DNA of 64,000 nt from Nemertoderma westbladi. Lineage: Eukaryota; Animalia; Xenacoelomorpha. Under the pieces are notes generated by a model. It was not told the origin of the DNA. It ran no database searches and was given only the letters and a program-made list of their open reading frames with translations. The stretch is from positions 1 through 64,000 of the forward strand of contig JAUCBJ010002735.1 of the NCBI GenBank assembly GCA_032718475.1. Direction: 5' to 3'. Both the position numbers and the translations under genes were made by a program. Below are positions 42,001-54,000 of the stretch, in pieces; position 1 is the stretch's first letter, and each line of letters starts with the position of its first letter.

Positions 42001-45000
42001 TGAAGTATATGCAACAGATAACGCCAGATTTCTTGATTCTGTATGGAATTGGTGTCATATACTGCATGTTAAGGATCAAATTTCATATTTGGAGGCTGAG
42101 GAGCATGTATGGATGCAAGAATTTGATTTTATAAATAGCAAATTTGAGCAGACACATGGAGTGGAATTTGTTGGCTGGGAATACACCAGCCAATTGCATA
42201 CTGAGTATCACACAAATTTTAACCAATCCTATTGTTTACCTCTGGATAGTAAAGTTAGTTCGATGAGTTGTGTGTTTAAAGAAAATTATAATGAGAATTT
42301 TGCTAGTGAAGTTGTTGAATTAGCTTTTGACCGAGCGCTCTGCAGTCATCGTGGTGTGGTGATTGCTTCTTCCCACCAATCCCAGTTGGTGACAACAGCA
42401 TTGGAAGTGACATCACTTTTAGCTAAAGCATTATTTAACCAGGACTATGCCAATATTGGCCAAGAAGTTATGGATATAGAAGACAGATGTGACAGCAGCA
42501 TTTGCAAATGTTATGGGACTGCTTCTTGTTTTACTATAGAGGATGGATACGCTGGATCTTTTACAACAGATACACTAAATAAGGAAAACTGCAAGTTGAT
42601 TGAAGAAATTCGATTCAACAAAGGTAACTATTTGTTTTCTTTTGGAAGACGATTTGCCCTAGGGTTAGTAAACCATGTTTCCGATATTTGGGAACTAACT
42701 TACAGTGAACATACAGACAAAGCTGAGAGAGAATTATTGAAGGTCCAATCTCATAGTGCAAGTTTATTTAAGCCAAGTATTTCCTCTTACTGCATATTCG
42801 GATTTGGAATTGTATCAAAAATTATTTCTGGAACTGTTTCGGAGTTTCAAACATACAACACCTCACATGCCCTATCAAGAATAGAAGGAGCTGTTGATCG
42901 ATGTGGTCTGCAAATTTATGTATCTTCATCATGGTCAATAGGGTTGATCAACAATGCAAGTCTTTTTATGGAAGAAACAGGTTTTTGGATGCACCAAACT
43001 TACAATCGTGAATTTGCAGATGTTTCTATTTTCCTTGCTGATTCTGATCAGTTGTATAACAAATATAAACCCAAAGTTATTGGTAACAGTTGCGAATCAT
43101 ACTTAGAGTTTGGAGCCATCGGGCATTTCTATAATGTTACTCCGCCATCTGAATATGTGAGATCTCTGGACGAGATCGCCATTCCTTTGGAATATTCCAA
43201 ATCGTTATGCTCTATTAGCTTGGCATTTGGCGAAGAGCTTATTTGGAACATGGATTTGGAAAATCTCCTTATAGGAAATATGCGGAGTTTGGGTATGGAG
43301 CAAGCCAGCATCAATTACCAGGATGACCCTACCCAAACGGCTAGTAGACATTCATTTGAGACATTCAATGATGCATCATTTAACTCTATAAACTGGCATA
43401 CCTTACAGAAAATTTTGGATATAAAACATGAAAAGGCGAATGTGTTCACATATATTTCATCTCTGTCTGGAGTCTCAACTGACAGTATTGACTATATTTG
43501 TGCTCAGTCTAAAATTGAATCATTCTCTGATGAATGGCAATGCTCTCAGCCATACTTTAAACTACACATGAACTCAGAGTATGTCAGTGTTGTAGTAGAA
43601 CCAAACAAAACCCAACAAGAGTTATTATCATCACAAGATAAATATTATGGTAACTCTGTTGATAATTGCAATCTTTGGCAAACCGTAGGCGAAGCAGTGG
43701 ATAAGGTTATTATCAAAAATCATGCGCATATACTCGAAGTAATAACGCAAATGTATACATCTTATAATGCCTCCGCAGATTTACCCTTATTAGGTGCCAC
43801 ACAGGAATACCAATCTATTGAGTACGGAGTTACTGGAACTATTGGTTACTCAAAACCACAGAAAATAAATCTGGGCTTTATACTTCAAGATGTTTTGCAA
43901 AGCTGTGCTACTAGTGATAGCACATTTGTTTATGGACAACAGATATATGGACTTATTTCTGGCGAGTTTTGCGCAAAAACATGTAATTATCTTACTGAAT
44001 GCGCTATTGTTAAGAAAATACAGGAAACACCTCTGATGGATTCGAATATAAAACGCAATATTATTTGGTGTACTTCAGTGCAAGAGTGTTCTGACTTGGA
44101 GATTGAACCTGTTAGTTACTTTAAAGTATCTGACACATATATGGTCCAGTTAGATACCAAAGTGGATTCTGCAATTTTGGAGCGAACTCCTTCTTTTAAT
44201 ATTGGATACTTTAACGGTTTTGGTGCATTAAACTCTAATGTTTGGGAAACCATCAACCAATTTCCGAATACAACTCCATTAAAAGATCATACAACAGAGT
44301 CATACATTGGGTATGATATGCAGCGTTCAATCTGTAACAAATTCGGCTATAACTTAAATCACTCTATAGAAAATGATGGTTTTACATCATGGGAGTACAT
44401 AAAGGCTGATTATGAAAGCTTGCCAGAGACATCATATGGTATTTTATCAATAGATTACTATCTTGAGTCCTTATTTTACATTGGAAAATGTACTATCTTG
44501 GGTAACACAATTTTGGAAGAAATCGTATGGGATTACCTTGGTCATAAAGAGATTCCGAAAGTCGACCATGTTAGTGAATCCATAGTTGTTGATAATTCTC
44601 AATGTACCTGCAATATCAGTTCAGATTGCGAAGAAATTATAGCTGAAACTAATGACATATTTTCTGAAACACCCGAACTAGATATATTTGTAAGTGATAG
44701 TGGTGCAAGAGAATTTTGTAATATCAGAATTGAGTTTGAAGTCAGTTTATGCCATCCTTCCAGAGAGTTTTATCACACATATGGATTTGGTATACCTGAA
44801 GAAACTTACTATGAACATGTTGGTGGAATTGTTGAGGCACCTGGAATGGAGGAATATGGCCATCTGATTGATGATTTCAAGGGATTAGCTACGTATGTGG
44901 TGAAACCGAGATATATATGTTACACCATGTATGAAGAGGCTGTATATCATCAAACCATGGAATATATTAATCTAGAATGGTTTGAAACTTGTGAAAAGTG

Positions 45001-48000
45001 CATGGCAGATGTCATATACGAATCAAATTTATACGAAAGACAATATGTGCAGAAACATTATGTGTATGGGAAGGAGTTATTAGCATTCAACACTTGGGAA
45101 TCCTTGGGAAAAATAGGATCATACCAAACTGAAGATGCGAGATTGATTGAATCCTATGAACTTCATCAATATGGGTTCCTGGAGGCGCTTGTTGTAATGT
45201 ATTTTTGTGAGAAATTAATTGATATTGTTGGAGAATGGGAAAAAATTCAAGATTTTGATTTGATGTTTATGGAATATGAAACTGCCTTTGTTTATTTACA
45301 TGAATACAAAGTTACGGATCATGCAAATGAAAAAGTGTGTGTGGTATATGGTGAGGGTGATTTGAAAGAAATTGTATGGCAATCAACCGTAGTTTTAAAT
45401 ATATTTTCATTGGGATCAGTATTTGCCTGTGTTATTGAGCAAGTAAACATCATGTATGGGAAGTCACAATGTAAATGGGGAGATGAATTTGCTTTCGGTC
45501 AACAAACAGAAGAAATTACAAACTGGAAAACTATCAATTCAGAATTTTACAAACTTCACGGTACAAATTCGGTGGCAGTGGAATATCATCAAATCCTAGA
45601 AGGGCGTATTAAAATAGATAGTGTTGTAGTTAGAGGAATGGAGATTAATGAGTCCAACAGTTGGCAAAGCAGTCAACCTCTCCAACAAATTTCATATTCT
45701 AATGCATATGAATCATTATGCCATGATCATTTGTACTTTGGTTTTGCTCAAGATACTGCCTCAGTAACGAATGATTCATATCAAGAAGTACTTGATACTG
45801 TTTGGCTTCATGCTAAAGGATTTAATCCCGATAACGTATGGTCGGAACGATCTGGTTGGAGTTTCCATTACTCTGAATTTTTCCAGCCCATTATATACAA
45901 TCCCAAATTAGTTCAGGGGGTAACTACGCATTCGTCTACTTATTGGGAAGATTTACAACATTTTGAATCAAAGGATTTATTTCAAGATTGTTTATTTGGA
46001 TTCGATGTTGTGGATAATTTGGAGAAACTTGATAAGACTGTTACTGCTTACGATATGGCTGAGTGCGATTTATCGGAAGAGATTAATCTAGAGGACTTTG
46101 CTGTAGATATACTGGTGAAGGGTGTTGAACACGATATTGCAGGATTATCTTTTCAGATGACCCTTACATCCTCAGGTCATGCAGATAAGACCATCGTTTA
46201 TGGAAACACAACATATGATGGAGTTGATTGGCAGATGATATACATCTCAGATTGCTTAGAGTATACTTTCTGTTCTGTTCTTGTTGAGGGTGTTATTCAA
46301 AGACATGGGGTATCAGTTGATCAAGGGAATTCATGGAATGTAGGTTGCATTGAAAGTATAAACTATATGTCAGAGACAACACATCAATTAGACCACAGAA
46401 ACCTTGATATTGACAATACCAATGTATCATTGTGTTATGAATCTTTTCATTGTTCGCATTCAAAAGACCGAGAATATATATTGGGCAATGCTTTTCAAAG
46501 TAGTGCTGTATGGGACATAAGTCAAATACTTATTATTGATGTACCCCAATACGAGTATATACAAGATTATGAAATCGAGTATTTTCAGCATAGAAATTTA
46601 GGTGTGTCAGTTCAATGTGCCCTTACTCTAGGTAGTGCTAGCACTGACTCATTAGAAACAAATTATTCCGAACAGTTTACCACCAACACTGCTGAAAATG
46701 ATTTTATTGGATCAACAATTGCATTGGATATTATTAAATCTGCTGTTTGTGAAAAGGCGGTACTTTTTGGGGATGCGATTTCTAATGTAACAAATTGGCA
46801 TACAACAGGCTCTGTTGGTGGTTATTTGACAACTAATGTGACGTCTAAACTTAGCGTGGAGGCAATGTGGCATCGTGTAAATGTTATAAAAGCTTCTAAC
46901 AGTGCTATGGCAGCAATTGAAACGTGTACTGAAATATACCAATCATTAGATATGTTGTTAATTGGTGGTGTTGGGAACGAATTCGCAGAGGTTTTCCATA
47001 ATGCGCATCACATAATAGAAAAAGTGGATGAACAATTTTATAATACTTGTGGTGACATTGTTCAAGGTGTTGTTGATTGGAACTTTGTGGATAAATTTAT
47101 TGCTGATATTTCAGGGAAAGAGACAATTTCCAACATTAGCGAACACTTTGCTCTTCATGAAGGTGTTAATAAGGAGTATGATGTTTCACTTTGCATCGCC
47201 CAAGAAGTTGAATGGGATATTCTTATGGAATATTCACATAACTATTTGTTAAAGAATCCTAATTTTGAGTTTGCTGGAATTATAACTCATACTTCGGAAG
47301 AAAACATTTGTGAAGTTTCGTCAATTAAAACGTACGGTAATCATATATTTGAAACCTCAAATTGGGATCGCTTGTGCGGTAATTTGGGTTATTTAACGTC
47401 TGCAGCCCATCAGCAATTTGAATTCTCTTATTTCTGCAACACCTATAATTCTAGCTATGGCGAAGAACGCTGCTCAGCACAAGTTTCTTCTTTCTATTCA
47501 GAAACACAAACATCGCTTCCATTTCTTCAGACTGCAGATCTACTGGATGTTGGGGATGTTGTGTACCACATGTTTGAGTTATATAATGAGCAAATGTTGT
47601 TCCATAACAGTGTTCAAGGAACCAGTTCTGATGAAATATTACACTGGGAAATTTCTACTGACCTGGTTAATCAACCGTATGCTACAGGCCAGGCAATTAG
47701 CTCTGACACATCTTTGGTTGGTTTGAGTACACAATCTGTAACATGTGATACTGTGTCAGGTCACCAGATTCAGCAAACATTTAATATTAACTTCTCGTCA
47801 GTTGATAAATTATTTGTGGGGGTTGTGGAATCTGAATATACTGGAATTGTAATTCATGAAAATCTACAAGGATATTACAACATAACAACTCAAAAATCAT
47901 TTGGTTACCAGGTGGAAACATTGCTTGAGTGGGAGTTCGCATCACAAACTGCACGATATCATATAGACTCTGCACGCCTTGAATACTCCCTTGAAATATT

Positions 48001-51000
48001 ACATAATGATCGGAATTGTCAAGTGGATCTGAAATTGTCTGACGCCTTGATGGATACGTTTGATTTTAACTGGGATATTGCGCAGATGTTTACTAAATGG
48101 CATAAGGAACGTGACTTTGCAAATGTAGCAACTGAGTATCACAAACTCGATCAGAATGTAAATGTAAATTATTACTGTTTTTTGGGAAATTCAACTGAAC
48201 ATATTATCGATTGGCAACATGTTATGTCGTATCAAAAGGCCACTGAATTTTCTGAATTTCCTCATTACAATTACCAAACTGTTGAAATTCATCGTGAAAT
48301 GGAATCAGTAAGAAGTCATGTTTTGGCTTATGGTCAGCAAATAGATATTTTCTTTGAATGGGACATGTTATCATTTGGAGAATATGATTCGTCATTCCAA
48401 GATACTGTTTCCATAACATTTGCTAGAGAAATTGCAATTTGTGAATCTTTTGAGAAACGGATTATTTATGGTAATTGCTGTGAGAACTTGTTACTATGGG
48501 ATGATTTAAATTATTCTAGAAACGCAAAATATGAGTTTGCTACAGAACAGGTATTTGACATATTTCATCCAGGTAGTTTTCAAATTAAATCATCCATGAT
48601 TTGGTCAAATGGTTCACAGATGTACCCCGAAAGAGATTGGCTATATTGTCAAGAATATATCCCTGAAAAACAATCTCAAGATTTAGCGAATATAATATGT
48701 GAATCTTGGGGGTTTCTTTCAAAAGCAGGATTTTCTCTGTATGAAATCGCAGGCAATTACACTGAAAGTTTGTCAACCTTTGAATATGTTGGACAGTACC
48801 TCCAGGGACACGTAGAACATGAACGGGCATTCATGAGTGATACATTAACTATTCTTTTGACAGATTATGGGATTAGTTATGGCCAAAGAATGAATACAGC
48901 TGAAACCAACTCCTTTGACACTGTCTGGGAGTCTTCTCTAACTATAACAAGCAGAAAAAGTAATTTAGATTATGCTGGATCATCATGGGAACTGGACCAT
49001 TCTGTCAGTCGCGTTTTACCCAAAACAATTATGTATGGCAATGAGTTCAATGAGTATTATCCTTGGGATTATTGCACTTTTACTATCGGATATATTGCAG
49101 AGCTAGCGAATCACAGCCTACATTTTCTCCATATACATGATGGCTATACCACTGATGAGGCCAAAAGTTATCGACATCCTGTTGAAGGGTTTGAATACTT
49201 TGATTGTGGATGTACCCACCCGTTTTTTTCACCCGGACAATGGACTGCCTTTGCGGATGTGAGCAGTTTCGTAAGTGATATCGATGTTGGTGTTTCTTCG
49301 CGGCAAGATGTATCTTGTGGAAACCACCTTGACTCATACACACTCTGGGAATCTGCAGATAATTATCATTCCCGAGTGATGAAAGAACATTCAACCAGTA
49401 TATTTCATGATTGTGGCTTTGAACAGCATAATTTATCTTTATCTTTCAGCATCAATATGGGATATGGAATGGATAATGTATCCTTATTTGAAGATGACAT
49501 TTCTTTCAACATACTATTGACTCATTCAGGCAGTGAATATGTTGGTATTACTTTCGCAGAAGATATATACGATCAGAAGAATGTAGATACCGTCAGTGTT
49601 TATGGAGATGGATATTTGCAGTGGGACAATTGGGAATATGTTGGTTTTATTTCCGGCTATGATGTAGAAATTGTAACTTATGGGATTCATTTTGAAACAC
49701 TGTTTAGTGGAATTGGATCAGATATAAATCATTTGTGGTCTTCTTCTGAAATTAATACAATCTCTGATTTCTGGGAACATAGCTTTGATTTCATCAAACA
49801 TCGACATTCCATGGAGGTTGTTGAAATTAGGTCAGATTTTTGTGACTTGGAAACTCATTTTGGGATCCGCTTGCAACAAACATACCGTATACCTCAAACG
49901 GATGACATAACTTGGGAAACTACTGGAATTGGATCAGATTTATTAAAAGAATCCGTATTACTGGGGGCAACATATGATGCAACCTACCTAACTAGGTCTT
50001 TTAAGTTAGAAGATAGTGTACGACTAGGAGCTAGTATTCAAGAGGAATTGGTTGTACAGTCTGATTATATCCAGTTTTTGAATTGCCTTACTTCAGCTCA
50101 AGAACAAGCCAATCTCATTGTTGCTCAAAGGGTAAATGATGCCGTTGAAATAAATAAAGAGGTTTGTTACGGAAAACCTTCATTCAATATGTTTACATGG
50201 GAGTTTGCTTGCGCAATGGAAAGTGCCATATTTGAATCAGCATTTGACATGTTTTATGGATATTTCCTGGAAAATCATTATGATGGCAACATAAATGTAT
50301 CTCTATATAATGAACAACATTCATTAGAAGATACCCAATGGATGCATGTTGATGAATTTTGCAAAAAGGATACTTTGTTTCACTACGCAAGTATTTCGGC
50401 ACATTTCGACATACTAAATATTAAAGTAACAATTAAGGAATCTTTGGAAATATGCAATGCTATCGAAAGTCTTTTGATATGGTGTCATGCGGGAGAATTT
50501 TCAACCTCTAGTCATGCTGTAGAAAAAGGCGAACTTTGTGGAGTTGTCCTATTTAAACCAGCCACATTTAAATTATTCAGGCCGGAAGTATGGGGATCAT
50601 CGAGTTTTGAGGACTGGACTGATATTTGGACATCCCTTGACACAAAGTCATGGAATTTGCCCGAGAGTCTGAGACTTGGTTCCATTGCACATAATGATCT
50701 TAATACGATTGAATCGCGGAAATTGGTGCGAACGTATAATTTTGCAATGGAAAATATTATCTGTTGTGAATTTGAACATTCAATGAGTGATGTTTTTCAT
50801 GATTCAGCCAATGTAAGCCTGGAGTGGAGTCAAACAAACTATGGCAGTATTGAACACGGTAGGAAGACGATGTCATTTTCTATTATCAATGCCGTTGATG
50901 TTCTATTTAATGAAGATGCATTCATGTTTACTGACCAATCAACATATGATGGGGCATCTATGGTATTGGAAGAACATTGGATGGGAACTTTCGTTAACAT

Positions 51001-54000
51001 ACACCAGGATGTACAGTACGGAACTTCTATTGAAAAATGTATAGACTGGGGTACTATTATGGAATCAATGCCATTTCAACACAACTTTGAATTGGCATTA
51101 TTTGAAAAGGCGGTTTACAATCATTATGAATTTGGAATTTGCGGTGAAGGTGTTGAGTTATGTTACGGTTATTCCGATATAGCAAATCTTGCCTTGGAAT
51201 GGAATTTATATACTTTATTGGATAGACCTGCTCGCGAATACGTTGGTGCGGAAACGTACACACCAGTTGGGGGCCAGCACACCATTCGCAAGGATTATTC
51301 TCTATGTTTGGAAATGTCAATGTATATCGATTGGTTGAATGTGGATACATTTTCTACCCATTCAATGGACTCAGTTTTCTCGAATGTTCACCGAGAGGTT
51401 TCATTCGACCATTACAATATGTCATCTTACTTGGAAATGTGTCAAGCTGAACTGTCATCTGTAACATTTATTAATGTCAACTTGATCGCTATTGAAAAGG
51501 AGGATATAAACCTAGAGAATGTTGACATATGCGACTGTGATTATCTAATGACAAGAACAACTGACATCGTTAAACCTATTGTATATGGATATCATCAATC
51601 AACGATGTGTAAATGGAACTCGGTTGACTTTACTGGCTATGAGCTGCTTTCTGTCGAGGCTGGATGGCAGCTTGAATTACATCACTCTTACGCTACCATC
51701 ACCAGAGCAACAGAGAGTACGTCCTATAACATTGCGGACCAATCGCAAGAGTTTATCGTTTGGGATTCTCTTTTCAACTCAAAGATTCTTTCCTACGAGA
51801 CCAACACTGCTGATGCGTCTGCGCATTCATCTTGGCACAGGTGTGAAACAACCGGGAGATATACCGTTAGAGGTGAATACCAGTCGAGTGCTACACCATG
51901 GAATCAGGTCTGCGAATTGGGCGAGGCTGTACCAGAGGTAGCCTATATGTCGTACGCCGCTGATATGTCTCGCAACAGTAGCCGGATAAAAGAGAGTAGC
52001 GAGTGGAGTATCCCAGATGAGACGGTATTCACATTAGACTGGGAATATTTACAGCACATTCTGAAAGATAATCAACAGAGGTAAGATTATATATGCAACT
52101 AGAACTAGAAAGCTATAAGTTTAAATTTTAAATGGTAAATTATAAACCTTATATGGTAGGTATGTGCAGTAGTAGTACCACCAACTAAAACCAACAGTGA
52201 GCTAGACATGTCATTCATGTGTCAATCATAATGAGTCACCTGACTGACATGCACGAACTATTCCATCTCACCTTCTTTTTGTACTGTTTATTCATTCAAA
52301 CCGGTGCTGGCCAATATATCATCCATTACAAGAGGGATAAGATAATGAAATGCAGGAATATCAACATTAGCAAGTACACCCCAGACAGGATATATCAGCA
52401 ATGGGTGTGACTGCCTCATTATTAATTTTGTGAAGATAACACTAACTGGCCTTGTGAAATACTGGGGATGAGACCTCGTAAACTTCGAAAGAAATGTTCT
52501 TTTTTCTGGCCCTCGCTTCTTACACTTCAGATAATTGGCCTGGAATCGATAGCTGGTTGCCTGGTTACCCTATATCAGTGACCTTCATGGATACCTCTAG
52601 GTCTACTGTACCCCAGCGGTTTGTACTGCAGTGAGCTGACTCTGCGCCACACATTAGTAAAGTAAAGTGTTTGTAACAGGAAACACCAGAGGCGACCCGA
52701 AGTTTCCTCTCTCTTGGCTGTTACATATAAGACAGGGAGGGCGCCACACGTACTCCCAAGGGTGAACACCAACACACCGTAGCTGTCCAACCCAACCGAA
52801 CCCAGGTTAGGTTCCCATATCGCTGGGTTGGCCCACCAGTTACAAAATTGTAACTACCTCTATACGGTATCGAACCCGGGACCTGCCAGCTACAAGCAAG
52901 GCGAGTGATCACTCCAGCAGATACTGGTTCTTTGGTAATTTCCTAGAATATGTATAAAAATTCAAAAAACAGTTGGGAATTGGCGACCCTCCACCCACAC
53001 CTACACTGACATTAACGATACGATGGAATATGTACCACACTGTCGAAAGTGCTTAGACAACCCGTGTCTAAGTCGAGACACACTGCCCCAGTCTCTCCCA
53101 TCTCTGAAATCTCCCTGATATTTTTGCACCGACGTCGTTTATTAATACCGAATTAATTTAAAATCATCTCTGCCATCGTCTTTTTTTGTTTTAACAAATT
53201 GATTTTTTGAATTAGTTCCATAAATATGTTGAGTTTCTAGTTACAAGGGATAAAAAATCGAGTAGAATGATTGTAGATATAATGGGTACACAAGCAGCAA
53301 ACCCTGCTAAGCCAAAAATATATGGAAATTCATAAAAAATACAATCAAAGTATTAAATTGAAGAACCGCATAAGTTATAGGACGATTTACTACTACTACT
53401 ACTAGGTCGAGCGAACTCGGACAGTGGAAACGGTTGTCCACGGCTACGCTTTCCTTGTGTTGTTTGCCAGAGAAGTAGATCTGGTATGACCTCTTCTTTA
53501 CTTCTCCATCAGTGCCCACTGGATCTTAGTCTGCGTTCACGGAGGGTGGTTGATACAGGTGGTATTGTACCATAAAGCTCGGCATTTGCCATGTATTGTC
53601 TCCAGCTGATGTTTAGGACTGCCCTTAGTAGTCTTGTGTAGCAACCATCAATTCGTTGCCCAAGTGATTTCGTCAGTGTCCAGGTCTCACCCCCGTATAA
53701 AAATACACTTTCCACTGTGGCTCGAAATAACTTAATCTTCAGGTGCCTGGAGAGATCTGATTTCCAGATGGTATCTATTTTTGATGGGGCTGCCTAAGCC
53801 TTTGCTTTCCTAACTTCTATGTCTTTTTTGCTACTCTCTATACATTATTACCATACATCATTAACTTAATTTATTTTCGCATAATAAAAATGCGGATTAC
53901 CTGTGTATCATGCATGTATCTTTATCGTGATAACAGTATAGCAAAATAAAACCATCGCAACAAATAATATAGAGATTAATGGATGATACATTATTATTTT

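Noticed and set aside
180-52084. Four independent prokaryotic or viral giant genes in an operon, as the ORF track suggests
   Set aside because: ORF ends at 15068, 15999 and 52084 coincide with GTAAG donor sites, starts follow pyrimidine-AG acceptors, phases match, and spacers are AT-rich with LINE/SINE remnants. The GTG/TTG starts are artefacts of the ORF caller.
52855-52930. Functional tRNA gene
   Set aside because: B-box and T-arm-like sequence are present, but I cannot fold a convincing acceptor stem or D-arm; it fits a SINE head better.
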